DNA of 64,000 bases from Antedon mediterranea (Eukaryota; Animalia; Echinodermata), in the NCBI RefSeq assembly GCF_964355755.1, contig NC_092671.1, forward strand, positions 4,340,001 through 4,404,000. Reading direction: 5' to 3'. Positions 12,963 to 27,480 of the stretch are shown piece after piece. A program made the position numbers and the translations under genes. Each line of letters begins with the position of its first letter. The first letter of the stretch is position 1. The notes below the pieces were generated by a model. It saw only the letters and a list, made by a program, of their open reading frames with translations. It searched no databases and was not told the origin of the DNA.

Positions 12963-14018
12963 TCATCTAATCAATCTCGTTCGAATTCTTCTGTAGAAAA
13001 CGTCAACAAACTCTCGTCTAAAACCGTCATTCACTACATTATATATCAAAGGATTTACAGCAGAATTTAGAAATGTTAAAAATCGACAAATATTTAAAAA
13101 TAAACTATCACGCGATCCAAGAATGTTAGTAAAGTATAATATTCCAAACAAATAAAGTGGTTTCACAAGGGCAACATAGACTGTGAATGTCACACAAACT
13201 GTCCAGAATATTTTCCTTTCAGATTTAGAACGTGGGTCGTTCTCACGTGAATTTGATACTATGTTGAGGGATTTTCTTATAGAATAGAGCATAAGTGAAT
13301 ATAAAATTACCATACTTATAATTAGCAACATATTCACAGTTACGTTCAAAATCAACAAAATTAAATAGAGTTTATTGTATCTTGGATGAATACCACATAT
13401 AGTTGCACGATTTGTAATACCTCTATACATATCAGGCCATGGAAGAATAATAGAAACGCGTATAGCATACACAAAGGCTAAAGTGTTCACAGACAAACCG
13501 AAAATCCATATAACTGCACACATTTTAACGGATCTTGAAGGAGTACCAAATGCACTTGTTTTATATTCAATAGGTCTGCAAACTGCCATATAACGTTCAA
13601 TGGAAAGCCAAAAAATCGTTAAAACTCCTACATGCCCGGCACAAGTACTGAAATAATCAAACTGTCCGCATTCAAAGTTGTGAAATTCCGCTTTATCAAT
13701 TTTATAGTTTACCGGTATCAGATCTTCGCTTATCCATATTTTAATTGGTGCCACAATTAAAATGATCGTATCAGCTATTGCCAAATTGGCTAGATACACG
13801 TACGCTGGTGTGTGTAATTTACTCACTATAACGATAAATGTCATTATGTTGCCGACAATGCCAAATGCAACAACAACAGGAGCAATACAGTTAATCAAAA
13901 TCCTCTCGAAGTCACTAGGAAGGAACATATCAATGTATACATCAAATAGACTCGTGTTAGATGTTAAATTCCCGTGTTCAGATGCACCATAGGATGTATT
14001 GTCGACCGAAAGTGACAT
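12963..14018 (-). CDS. Class A (rhodopsin-like) orphan GPCR, 351 aa, type-A copy 2
   Basis: Seven hydrophobic segments; GN (TM1), NLAIAD (TM2), SIERY (TM3), NSAVNPLIY (TM7), FRREF helix 8; N-terminal N-glycosylation sequons; no intron in the CDS. Confidence 0.93.
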   Translation of the reverse strand: MSLSVDNTSYGASEHGNLTSNTSLFDVYIDMFLPSDFERILINCIAPVVVAFGIVGNIMTFIVIVSKLHTPAYVYLANLAIADTIILIVAPIKIWISEDLIPVNYKIDKAEFHNFECGQFDYFSTCAGHVGVLTIFWLSIERYMAVCRPIEYKTSAFGTPSRSVKMCAVIWIFGLSVNTLAFVYAIRVSIILPWPDMYRGITNRATICGIHPRYNKLYLILLILNVTVNMLLIISMVILYSLMLYSIRKSLNIVSNSRENDPRSKSERKIFWTVCVTFTVYVALVKPLYLFGILYFTNILGSRDSLFLNICRFLTFLNSAVNPLIYNVVNDGFRREFVDVFYRRIRTRLIR

Positions 14019-15235
14019 TTCTTTGTTTTCCCCACTGAATTGCTAACAAAATACTGTACACAATCTCCCAAAACAGTCCTAATAATGGTGCTTTGCCAGA
14101 ATTCTTTTTAGTAGAGGGACGCGTTCAAACTCACACTACATCTAGGCTATATAACAGGTCCAGATTCTACTGACAATGATAAAATGTGGGAGTTACTATG
14201 CACGAACGTGAAATGTACTGTACTGTAGGTTTTTACTAAACTCAACATTGTATCCTATTCAAAATAGACTTGACGAATGTAAATTGAATTCAAAGAATAA
14301 TGTTAGCGGTGAAATGAAGCCACACCTGTTCACCGCCAATTTTGTACTGTATTGTTTACCGTTGATATAATAAATGTTGAATGTTGTGTAGTCCTTATCC
14401 AAGAAGACTTGTTCCACCACCAACTATAGGAGCGTGTCGGCCTCGAACCCATGCCGATGATATTGTTGGCTCATTAGGTAAACCTAGAACAAATTGCAAC
14501 ATGTAAATGAAAATGAAACAAACAAACAGATGATAGACCCCTCTGCAACTTTAATTTATGAATATTAGTTTCGAGGCATTTCATAACATCCGACCCAAAA
14601 TTGCTATCTGCGGACCGACCTCGTTTTTTATTTCTTTGAAAAAATTGATAAATATAATTGTTTGTACGCTTTAAGCTTCCTTATATGGACATTTTTGTAA
14701 ACATCGCCATAATTTTATTATCTGATTTCCGCTATGTGGGAAAGAAACAATAAAGTAGTGTTATTTTTTAACAATTTTATTTACTTCTTATACTTTCTTA
14801 CCATATGATTTGCCTTGCTTAAACATAACTTAGGATGAGAGTATTACATTTGTTTTAGTTTTTCTTTTACAATTACCTGACTTCATTAACAGAAATATAA
14901 ATGTCAATATTTATTGTGTAAAAAGAAAGACTTAACAAGAGAAAAACCACTATAAGTTGTAGGTCTATCATATTGTTGATTAGTTATATCGTCCTATATA
15001 TCACTAAAAAACCATTGGAAACTAATTATTTTTATCACATAGGGCCTTAGTAGTGAAACAGTATCTCCATCATATAACAAACCCTTTGTTCTTGTTTTCT
15101 TTGGTGGGGGTGGCCCATATTTATTCTCATATGCATAAACTATACAGACTAAATAAAATAGGATTAGTACACTATCAGTGTCTAACTAATATCTCTTGTT
15201 ATCTTCCATTACATTCATTTTCTCTTATAATTGTT

Positions 15236-17858
15236 TTTTTTTTTTCGTCTTGTGTGGGTTCGTCCCACTTTTATTATAGTTCTATAAATATAAATAATAT
15301 ATGTATATATGCACATTTATATAATTCTCTTATTTATAAGGTACATTGTTAAAAAAATACATATCTTTTGAACAGTATATACATAAGACTAAGATTATTT
15401 TGATGTTAAGAAGTAACCACATTTACATTCATATACATTTTTAAAAATACAATTAATTAAAATATGTCGATGGCAGTAAACTGACGATAAAAATTGATTT
15501 AAAAAAAACGTACTTATGAAAAAGTTATTATTGTTGTTTTATTCTGTTCGTGTCCGTTGTCTGGGTAGAGAGGCTATAAACTCAGGGGAAGAATATAAAG
15601 AATCTTCCATTTTCACCAAGAAAAAAATGGATGAGATGAAAACGAAGAATGCAAAATCTTGAAAAAAGGGTGTTTAGAATGGATAGGATGGAATGATATA
15701 TAATGAAAACCGTAAGGTTAGAGTCCATACACAGTGCAAGTCCAAGGTAATATTTTGGCTCTGTGTGTATGTGAGTCGCTTCATACCCGGATGACATATC
15801 TTAAAACTAATATAGTTACTAGGCCTATATACAATTTATTTAAGAGATAAAAATAGCATTTTTTTTATTTCATTAATTTAAGGAGATTTTGCTTTATATC
15901 TTCCCATTTACATTGAGCTTTAAAGTAGTAGCACTTATACTCATTTTCAATTAAATGCTTTTCCAGATCTTTTTTTCATAGTTGTTTCCTTTTTTTTCAG
16001 GTTTTGTTAATATATGCAACTTATATATAGAGAATACAAATAATGAAATCAATTCATTTACAATTATGTTATTTGATCCAGTAATCATTGTAGTCCAAGT
16101 TATTGGGTCTTCGTTTGAAAAGCTCTTAACTATGACATTTTTAAATTTAAGCCATATCCATTGAATTACACTGCATTTATATAACATGTGTTTTTCAGTT
16201 TCAACCTTGTTTATACATTTATCACATAAATCATTACCTGCTAAGTTCCAGATTTTCAATCGTTTTTACATGGTAGTATTCTATGCAGAAGTTTAAAATT
16301 AAATTGAGCAACTTTGGGTATATGTTTTAGTCTATAAACTTTATAGTACCAAACATTACTCCAATCAATGTCTACCTTACCTAGTTCTATTTCCCATTTT
16401 GTTTGTGAATTTGGTATTTTTGAACATCTATTAATAAAATGATTATAGAAGACTGTTCCTTTATTTTTCATATAAAGTCGTAGACTAGGAATACTATTGT
16501 CTTCCTTTTTTATATTACCTTTTTCAATAATTTCTTTCCACTCTTTTGGTATGGCTTTTAACAATTGCATATATTCAATTAAGGCGTTATGCCGTTTATA
16601 CAGTTTAGGAAATATTTCACAAGGTGAAAGTACTCTATCATTCATGTAAATATCTCCGATTGTTTTAAACCCAGAAGATAACCATACTTTAAAATACATA
16701 GATTTATTGTTCAATACGATATGTCCGTTTTCCCATAATTGTTGGCTCTTTATTTCCATGGTAGTTTTTGGTTTTACATGTATGATATTGTTTAATTTTA
16801 CAACAGACTTCATCATATTTCTATAAAATAAAGGCATACTGCCCAGGTTAGCATGCTCTTCTAAATTCAACTGCGTTATGTTAACTGTGTATTCAATAGG
16901 TTGAAGGTAAAACTTTGGAAAGCATTTCCATTTACCTGGATCTGGGCTTAAGAGTCTCTTAACCCAGGTTAGTTTGAGAGATTCTATCACCGAAGTGAGA
17001 TCTGGCATATTCAAACCACCTTCTTCCACATTTCTAATTAATGTTGTTCGTTTTATTTTTTCTATTTTATTACCTTAAAGGAAGTCATATAACCGTTTTT
17101 CTATTTTTGTAGTTATTTCCTTAGGCACCTCAATAATACTAGCAGTATAGATAAACCTTGATATTGCTAGTGTTTTTATAATAGTAATTTTACCAAAAAA
17201 ACTTAGGTTACGTCTTTTCCATAAAGTTAGTACATTTTCTGAGTTGGTGATTTTTTTCTCCCAATTTCTGTATTCACATAATTGTTTATCATAACCTACA
17301 TGTATTCCTATAAATTGTACTGGTTCACTGGACCATACAATATTGAATGGTTTTGACATATTATTTTTGTTTGAACCAATCCACATACCATTTGTCTTAT
17401 TTTTATTTAGTTTTAATCCTGACACTCTACAGAATAGATCAATTTCATCGAAAAAATATTTTAGACTACTTTCATCTTGCGTAAAAATAACGGTATCGTC
17501 TGCAAGTTGAGCAATCTTTACAATGTTGTCATTTTCGTTATTGCTGTTTGGTAATGTAATTCCTTTACATTTAGGATTTTTTCTTATATTTGTGGCCATT
17601 AATTCTGTCACCAAAATAAATAGTAGCGCTGATAATGGACAGCCTTGCCTCACGCCGCACTCCATATTAAAGCTTTCTGAGAGCCATCCGTTATTTACTA
17701 TAACACAATTTGTTTCTTTATAAATTACATTTATCCATTTGATAAAAGAATTACCAAAACCGAAATGACTTAAAGTCTTAAATAATAGTACTCTATCTAA
17801 TGAGTCAAAGGCTTTTGCAAAATCTAGAAATACAATTGCCCCTGACATATTGTTTAAG
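15236..17858 (-). mobile_element. Tx1/L1 LINE, duplicate of 2142-4764
   Basis: Identical ORFs at +13094 with the same TSD. Confidence 0.93.
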
Positions 17859-18713
17859 CTTATAATTGTTAATAATTCTTTTATACAGTATCCATCGTAA
17901 TAATAGTAATTATTGCCTGCACAGTCCGAATAGTGCATTTGTTCTTTATGTATCTTTTTTATCTTTAATTACTTGTTGAGTGCTAGGCCTATGTTTTGTA
18001 TTTTTTTATGCGATATTTTATGTTCAACCTCAATTGTTAAATAATGAATTGCGATAATAAAGTTCAAGTTTATAATAAAGCTACAGATCAGCAGGCCGGA
18101 GAAAAACTAAAGGACAAGTCGTATTTCAGATTGACCAACGGTAGAGATTGATAACCTGACATATAGACAAATTTGTATAGACTAGGTTATATATTTGAAA
18201 CTACTTAAAGTGAAATAATTGTCACCATTTCAAACTAATTCATATTTGGGTCTCTTAATTTCATGTAGGCTATACTGTATATATATATACCGTGCTCAAC
18301 TCAGTCCTATAAGTATGCATCAGAGTTGGTATCATTTATCAATATTTGCTTATATTTTTGCTTAAACTGAAATATTTAAGAAGTGCTTAAGCAATTAACT
18401 TAAGCATATCTGTATTGTAGAGGACCTCTTGAGACAAGCTATTGCTTCTAGTGCGGGCCCCAGTTATTGTCAATATAACTGAATAAATGTGTATGAATGA
18501 ATGAGAATATTAATTTATCAAACCGTCTTAGCAGAAAAACTGTCTTTGCGCATGCGTAATATTAAACACTAGAGGGCAGCAAATTATGTCTTAAGACGAA
18601 CCTTTTTTTCTCTTAGCGATAACGGTGCTTTACATATTTCACTGGCAGAGCAGTAGTCGTATTATTATATAAATATATGGCTCGCTGTCCATTGGGAGCC
18701 TCGATTAAGCACC

Positions 18714-21700
18714 ATCTTCTTAAAATTATTTCTTTGAATTCCCGTGTTCAGATTCATCATAGGATACATTTGGAATTTATAAGCTACACCCTGATTTTTC
18801 TCACTATCAACACATTTACCTTGTTTGTGTACCATTTCCATAAATTACCGAGGGTAACATAAACTGCCAATCAAACAATTTTCCTTTCGGATTTAGAATG
18901 GAAGTTGTTGCACCGGTGGCGGATTGGAAACGCATTGCGGGATCTTCTTACAGAATAGAGCATAAGTAAATATAAAATTACAATAATTATAATTAGCAAA
19001 ATATTTACACAGTTCAGAATCCACAAAACCATATATCGTTTATCGTGATTAATATCACATATAGTTGCACGATTTGAGATACCATACATATCATTTTTTT
19101 TATTTTTATTTTATTTTATTTTTAAAACCAGAAACAACAGCAGAAACAAATCCGCCACTTACAGCTTGGTTTAACAGATACAAAACAATTACAACAACTC
19201 AGAAACACTTAAATTACGACGAAACAGATAAAGATTGGAATTAAAAATGTCAATATGGGGATGGGCCTGGACTAAAATATTATAATATAAACTTAATCTA
19301 CTGATGTAACCACTTTTGAGAACATTGACTCTACAAAAGGGAACACAAAGGATACTATTGTTTCTTAAATTACGGGCGGGAACACGAATACCGAAATTGG
19401 AAATAAAGTTGCAGTCAAAAATAGAATGAAGACATTTAAAAAGAAAAATAAGATCATTGTGACATCTACGTAATGAAGGGGGAGATATGGGATATATTTT
19501 GTTATCATCACAATTATAAAGATTGTTACATTTAAAAAGATTATTCTGATTGTGGTTGTGGCTGATGTAGCGCAAAAATCTAGAATAGAGTCGGTCAATA
19601 CGTGAGGCTTGGGTTTTGGAGATCGAATTGTAAATAACAGAACAAAAGTCTAAATTAGGTTGGATTAAGGTGATATATAGATAAACTTTGGAAGAACGAC
19701 CGAGATATTTTCCATTGCGCCACATCAGCCCAAGCAGCTTATTGCATTTATTTAGAAGATGATCGACAAGGGAACTATCTAAAATAATACCGAGATCACG
19801 ATGTTGATGCACCTTATTAATAGGTTTGTCGTCGATGGAATAGACATAAACAATTTTATTTTTATTTAAAGTACAGGACAAAATATTGCACTTGGAAGAG
19901 TTTAACATCATGCCCCACAAAGTGGACCAGGAACTAAATTTAGTAAGGTCTCCCTGAAGCATTTCAGCATCTTCATAACTGTTGATAGTTTTAATAATTT
20001 TAAGATCGTCAGCAAACATAAGACAATCTGAATAGCGAAACAGCGATGGAATATCGTTCACATACAAATTAAAAAGGAGGGGACCGAGGATTGACCCCTG
20101 AGGAACACCGGAATGAACTGGAAGCCACTCAGATGCCTCGCCATCGATAACTACACGTTGATGTCTACCATCCAAATAGCTGAACCAGGACAAAAGATGA
20201 GGATTAAAACCAAGTCGTTGAAGTTTAAAAATAAGAAGACTGTGTGGCACCAAATCAAAAGCTTTTGAGAAGTCAGTATATATAACATCACATTGTGCTC
20301 TGCCCTTGATGGCATCATACACAGTTGTCAGAAGACAAGCAAGATTTGTTTCATATGACCTGTTGGGAACGAAACCATGCTGATAGAGAGAGATGGTAGG
20401 ATGAACATGGGACCAAATGTGATTATACATGACTCGTTCGAAAAGTTTTGAGATGGTAGGCAAAATTGAAATCGGTCTGTAATTGGTGACGGATTTCTTG
20501 GAACCAGATTTGTAGATAGGAACAACATTAGATTGCTTCCAGAAAGATGGGAATTTACCAAAAGTCAGAGATTTGTTAAAAATAGAACAGATAGGAATAG
20601 AGAGAGGTTTCGCACAAACTTTTAAAACATGGTTACTCAGCTCATCACAGCCAGAAGCTTTATGTGGTTTGATAGACGTAAGCAGTTTGTAAACAGAATC
20701 CGGCTGAATATCAGGTATAATTAAATAATCAAGGGATGATTCAGGGAGAGCATGATGTTGGTCAGTGATACTTAAAGTAGATTTTTGAAAAACAGAATGA
20801 AAAAATGAATTAAACAAAATAGCTTTATCTTTCGCACTCTCCGCGACCTTGTCCCCGTAGTTCAAAACAGACGGATAAGACGACGTTTTTGTTTTCGTCT
20901 TGATCCATGTCCAAAAGCGCTTGGGATTAGATTTTATGCTATCAGAGAGGGAACGGATATATTGTGAGTAATTCTTTTTGGCAAGCTTTTTAACGTTTTT
21001 CTGGCCGTAATGAAATATTTTTAAAGTGTATTAGTTTATGTTTTTTCCACATTCTGAAAAGGTGTTCTTTACGTTTCAAGATAGCTCTAATTTCATGGTC
21101 AAACCATGGCGGCATTTGGCGTCTGAATGTTTTGATGGGGACAAGATCGCGGAGGGCGGCGTCAATTAAATCGTAAAAAACAGTAACACAATCATCAACA
21201 TTGTCTTCGGTATTAATGATATCAAAAGGAACTTTGTCGAAATGATCAATAAGGTCGCTGTTATTAATTGCTTTAAAATTATAAGATTTTCTATGTAATC
21301 TATTATGACTAATATTGGCAACATAAAAATTTAAAGACAATATAAGAGAGCGATGGTCAGAAGAAAAAATATCTTGACCAACAACAATGTCAGAAATAAG
21401 TTCCTTAGAATTGCATAAAATTAAATCAAGAATATTATTGTTACATGTAGCCGTAACATTACATTGGATCAAATTAAGACCGTTCAACAAGCTGTTAATG
21501 AATAGTTCACCAATTGAATTTGTGGATGCTGATCCCGTACCATCAGTTGTCCACTTAATGTTGGGAAGGTTAAGATCTCCTACCAAGATGAGTTGATGCC
21601 GGAGGTAAGTAGACATTGCATCTTCAACCAATTGGGCGATTTTTAAAATACTCTCACGATTGCTGTTTGGTGCTCTATAGACGACTCCGATAAGTACAAC

Positions 21701-23097
21701 TTTACTTTTACTCATTTTGATTTCAGTCCATAGTAATTCCACATCTTTATGTTCAAGATGGACCAATCGTCTCGATTTAAACTTGTTGGAGGTAAGCAAC
21801 ATAATTCCGCCTCCCCTTCTACCATCGTTTCTGTCTTTCCTATGTGTGGTGAAACCAGGACAGTATAATTCTGAGTCGGAAACAAATGAATTGAGCCATG
21901 TTTCAGAGAAACAAACGAAGTCAAATGAATTATTTAAAAGATGACCTTGCAATTCAGAGTTGTATACATCTAGTTTATTTTTTATGCTTCTAATGTTCTG
22001 ATAGTAGAGCTCAGGAGTGTTGTTGTTATTGTTTTGATTTTGATGACTGGACGTGGTAGAGCATGTGGAATTCAAAACATGTTGACCGATCGTTGGTCCG
22101 GGATTGACTTCGATGTCGCCACACTTGATAAGCGTAGGTTGAAAAGTTGAGACACAAGATCTAGCTGAAAAGTATGGAACTCTGGCACCACTGTATTTGA
22201 GATGAGTAGTACCATTGTTCCTACAGCGTCTACAATCGAGTAGGCCGGCAATTTCAGGCTGAATGCCCAGCCATTGTTCATAACAAAGGTGGACATCGGT
22301 ATTAATTGTTGTGTGCAGGTGTGTACAGCAATGCACAGTGAGGCCTAGCAAGTTGTGAATGATTAGAGGTAAATAATCGTCAAACTGCATAAACTTACGT
22401 CCGTTGATACATTGCACAGTGTTTATATTTGCTTCAGGATGATATGTGCTGGTTTTTAAGATGAAATTATATCTTAGATGGCATATAAAAAAACACAGAT
22501 AGAGAACGTAATGAGAACGACGTGTACTGGCCATTGTATCTTTTTATCATACATATCAGGCCAAGGAAAAATGATTGATACGCGTACAATATATACAAAT
22601 ACAACAGTGTTCACCGCCAAACAAAAAATCCATATTACTGCAGACATTTTAACAGATCTTGAGAGAATACCGAATCCACTTCCTATAAACCAATAAAGTT
22701 TACAAACTGCTATGTAACGTTCAATAGAAAGCAAAAAAATCGTGTAAAACTCTTACGTGCCCGGCACAAGTACGGAAACAATAAAACAGTCCACAATCCA
22801 AGTTATTCATTTCCACTTTATCAATCGTATAGTTAATTACCGGTATTAGATCTTCGCTTATCCATATTGCTAGATACACGTAAACTGGTTTTTGCAATTT
22901 ACTCACCATAACGATAAATGCCATTATGTTGTTGACAATGCCAAAAGCAGCAAAACAGGAGTAATATAGTTAATAAAAATCCTCTCAAAGTCACCTGGAA
23001 GGAACATGTCAATGTATGCATCAAATAGACTCGTGTTAGATGTTAAATTCCCGTGTTCAAATGCATCGTAGGATGTATTGTCGACTGCAAGTGACAT
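18714..23097 (-). pseudogene. GPCR pseudogene B2, split by a LINE; 48-bp TM2 deletion and frameshifts
   Basis: ATG at 23097; YLAIWIS replaces YLANLALADIMILILAPIKIWIS; fragments lie in several frames. Confidence 0.9.
19094..22547 (-). mobile_element. CR1/L2-group LINE, duplicate of 6000-9449 with an unbroken RT region
   Basis: 514-aa APE ORF plus 558-aa RT ORF separated by one frameshift; lacks the 4-bp deletion of copy 1. Confidence 0.92.
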
Positions 23098-23469
23098 TTC
23101 TTTGTTTTTGAAAAATTCCCACAGTACCTCGGAATTGTCAATTGCCAATAAAAGAAAACGTGAACGGTAACGATGATTGAAATAAGACGTACACAATCTC
23201 TCATACAGTCCTAATAATATTGCCTTGTCAGATTTCTATTGAGTAGAGGGCAGCTGACAATGATAAAATATGGGCACTACTATCACAGCGTGATTTTAAA
23301 TGTACTAAACTCAACAATGTATCATATTGACATTTAGAATGAGAATTGAATTCAAAGAATAAAGTTATCGTCACATCTTTACCACCAATAAGGAAAAATG
23401 ACTTTAATTAATTCCGATGATAGCTACTTGATAACAGGCCATCTTGCTGTTTAACAATATATATTTTTA

Positions 23470-23781
23470 CGTTTTTAGGCACATGTGGCCAAAGATTACC
23501 AATAGTAAATTATAATCACTGTCCTATCAGACAGGTGGTAATCCCTCTGATACCGGGGATATTTTGTGCGTGAACCAGTTCACCGGGGTAATCCCATACA
23601 CGCCCCGAATGATGAACTGGGTTCTTTAAAGGGCAAACAGGTTATAACTGTGTACACTGGACCTATGGTTTATAGTCCTTATCCGAGGAGACTTGTTCCA
23701 CCACCAGAACTAGGAGCGATTCAGCCTCGAACCATTGCCGATGTTGTTGACTCTTTAGGTAACCGATCGGCCATTTGACTC
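23470..23781 (-). mobile_element. Meta-type tRNA SINE
   Basis: Paralog of 10495-10811. Confidence 0.7.
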
Positions 23782-24724
23782 GCGGATGACTAAAATACAC
23801 TCACTTCTATAACACATACAGTATATTACAATATTTAAAAGCATTTAAAAAAAATAAGGTTAAACATATATAAATACCAAAATATAAAATTATTCTTTTA
23901 CATAAATGCTAATTTTTTTATTAATATATAGGCCTAGTAAACCTAAGAAAAATTGCAACTTTATCTAAATGAACATCATAACAAACAGACTACATAAGTT
24001 TAGGTATGAATATCAGTTTCAAAGCATTTCATAACATCAGACCCAAAGATGCAATCTGACCATCGCACGATCCTCGTTTTTTATTTCTTCGAAAAAACTG
24101 ATAAATACAATTGTTTGTACGCTTTAAAGTTTCCTTATATGGATAGTGGTGTAAGCTGATAGGCTTACATCACCATTATTTTATTTCCGCTATGTCGGAA
24201 AAGAAACAATTAAGCATTGTTATTTTTTACAAATTTATTCATTATTTTTTAGTTCAAAAATAATAAATTAAAAAAAAAAATATTTTACTTATCATATGAT
24301 GTGCAGGATGTAATATAATCTTAGAATCACAGTCATTATTACATAACTACATAATCGGCGTTCGTGATAATCCTATGATGTAAGGTAATCTGAGTATAAA
24401 ACCGGTATCATATAAAAGTAACACAATCTGTGAAAAATGTTTCCTTCTTAGATGTAATACTAGGATCGGATGCTTGACGATTTGCTACATGTACGGAATT
24501 TACTTAAAGCATAAAGTATATCAAAGAATATTATAAGAATGAGAGCAATCCACAATTTCCCTGCCACACTAATGTTTCGCAGAGTCATAATAATTAACTG
24601 GCTCTGGTTTTCCGTGGAGTAGGACATCGACAAGTTTTTGTGGCAGTTATACTAATCTAAGCCCGGACAAAGGGGTTTTATGATAAAAATGTTATCAACT
24701 ATACATATGCTAACATCATGTTAA

Positions 24725-25530
24725 ATGCCACATCATCATTGTCACCATCTTCAAACGTCACTATCCTTATCATCATTGTCACCCTCATCATTGTCACCAT
24801 TATCATTTTCATCATCATCATTGCCACCATCGTCAAACGTCACCATCTTCATCATCATTGTCACTATTACCATTGTCACCATCATCATTTTCACCATCAT
24901 CATTGTCACCATTGTCAAACGTAACCATCCACATCATCATTGTCACCATCGTCAGACTTTAACCATCCTCGTCACCATTGTCACCATTATCAACGTCACC
25001 ATCCTCGTCATCATTATCATTGTCACCATCATCATTGTCACCATCGTCAGACTTAACCATCCTCGTCACCATTATCAACGTCACCATCCTCGTCATCATT
25101 ATCATTGTCACCATCATCATTGTCACCATCGTCAAACGTCACCATCCACATCATCCTCGTCATCATTATCATGGTCACCATCATCATTGTCACCATCGTC
25201 AGACTTAACCATCCTCGTCATCATTGTCACCATTATCAACGTCACCATCCTCGTCATCATTATCATTGTCACCATCATCATTGTCACCATCGTCAAACGT
25301 AACCATCCTCGTCATCATTGTCACCATTATCGACGTCACCATCCTCGTCATCATTATCATTGTCACCATCATCATTGTCACCATCGTCAAACGTCACCAT
25401 CCTCATCATCATTATCATTGTCACCATCATCATTGTCACCATCGTCAGATTTAACCATCCTCGTCACCATTGTCACCATTATCAACGTCATCATCCTCGT
25501 CATCATTATCATGGTCACCATCTTCATTGT
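24725..25530. repeat. Expanded (CAT/CAC/TGT)n repeat
   Basis: About 800 bp, versus about 310 bp at the paralogous sites 11750 and 45785. Confidence 0.92.
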
Positions 25531-27196
25531 TGGCATTTTACACGGTGTTTGATAAAGAAAGACAATTTTGGGGTTTTTGTTTTTCATTTATTTTTTTGCA
25601 CAAATAATTATTAACCAAAAGCAACTGGAAATAAACCCTAATATTTAAAGATGTATTGTTTAAAAACATGAAAATGGATTTTGTATAAGCCATTTTGTAG
25701 TTATAACAAAGTTAATCACTTCCATAGAAAAAAAACCCGAAAAATATGATTTCACTTACAAAATGACAAAATAAACGGTTCAATTCAATCAGAAACTCAC
25801 TGAATTCCAGCCAATTTGACTATTTAAAAAAAAATTACAGTTTTCAGGTAAATAATCCAGGTAATAACAATTATGTGACATTAAAATGGCATATAACAAA
25901 AGGGACAATACATCTTTAATAAATTTAATTATAAACATTAATATTTTCTATACAATAATAAAATAATTAAACAGTCCATTAAGCAGATTTACTGGATTTT
26001 ACGTTTTGTATAGAATACACTTATATTTTGCTACTCGGAGACTGCGGCAATTAACAAACTCATAGAATAATAAATAAAGACGCATACAACATAAGTTCTG
26101 GCTTAAATAGCTTAATTAGTAAATGAACATTCACCCATGTAAAACTGCACATAAAAGTCATAAGCAAATATAAGTTATATAGCAATAATTTTCCAATTCT
26201 AAGTAAGCACAACAGGGATGCTCAGAGAAAAATAGCCCTATTGCCATAAGTGTCATAATATTGGGCGGGAGGGAGGGAAAATTGTCTTCAACTTAATGTG
26301 ATCGTGTTAACAGAGAGGATGCTTGATCAAAGAGGTCGAAAACCCGCCCTCTCCGTTCTCAAAATAGAATTGTGTTTCCAACCCAATTCTTGATTTTTGC
26401 TACTCGGAGACTGCGGCAATTAACAAACTCATAGAATAATAAATAAAGACGCATACAACATAAGTTCTGGCTTAAATAGTTTAATTAGTAAATGAACATT
26501 CACCCATGTAAAACTGCACATAAAAGTCATAAGCAAATATAAGTTATATAGCAATAATTTTCCAATTCTAAGTAAGCACAACAGGGATGCTCAGAGAAAA
26601 ATAGCCCGCGGCAGGTGCCAAGGCACCGCCAAGAGCAGCCCACCAAAGAGCAAGAAACAAGGAAGAATGTTCACTTACTCGCATGAAACTGAGATAAAAA
26701 AAAACAACCAGGACTCCCTGGAAGAGTCTCCAAAGAGACTGATAGGTACAAAAATCACCATTAATACAACGATGCTCCCCATGAAAGTATACGCAGATAC
26801 TTCATGGCAGTATGTTGAGCATCAGCACCTTCCACCAAAGGCTAATCCAAGGGCTCCACTACCGTGCACTGCAATGGGAGCAAAGTTGTACTAACACATC
26901 GCCAATAAACAATAATGACAGAAAAAAACAAAAAACGCATGGATGTGAGTTATAATGTAAATGTAGATTTTTATTATGTTGTTGAAAATTCGTAGAAATA
27001 TAAATTATTCAATGAAATACAACAATACAGCTGGCCACCTCTTGAACATGATGAGGGAAATCCCTGTTTTCAGTTTATGACCGCCCATTTGGAGATCTAA
27101 AAGTATGATGCTTTTTGATTAGAGTTTCCGTAACAACCTGAGGTGATTGTCAATTAGATTGCCAAGGGCTTTAGGTTGTCAACAAATCATGTCCCA

Positions 27197-27480
27197 GGTT
27201 AAGATAAAATATGATAAGATAAATCTTTATTGTCATGAACACAACAAGGCAAGCATGAAATTGGTTTTCCTTGATGCTTAAAAACACATACAATATATAA
27301 AACATTAAAAATATCAATACAATACATTAAAAATATATACAGTTGTAAACAAGTAAAACAAACTATCTTTGAAATGTTGAGTTGGAAACATGAATAGAGT
27401 TTTGGACGATGTCTAGAACAGAATTGGTGAACTTTCAAAAATTGTCTTCGGTTTTTCGGTAGGTTGATCCAATATTTAAA
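27197..27480 (-). mobile_element. Probable 3' fragment of a CR1/L2-type LINE
   Basis: Minus strand encodes KYWINLP (WNxLP-like), followed by AATAAA and a (TTATC)n-like tail. Confidence 0.4.

Larger units (their letters stand above)
1..22830. repeat. Recent tandem segmental duplication: 1-~9735 repeated at 13095-~22830 (period 13,094-13,098 bp)
   Basis: Every ORF recurs at +13094, and at +13098 after a 4-bp indel near 7203. I noticed only about three differences (near 1888, 6308, 7203). Confidence 0.95.

Noticed and set aside
24718-25614. His-rich, Ser-rich and Ile-rich ORFs (also near 11723-12208 and 45776-46116)
   Set aside because: By-products of a triplet-based repeat open in several frames.
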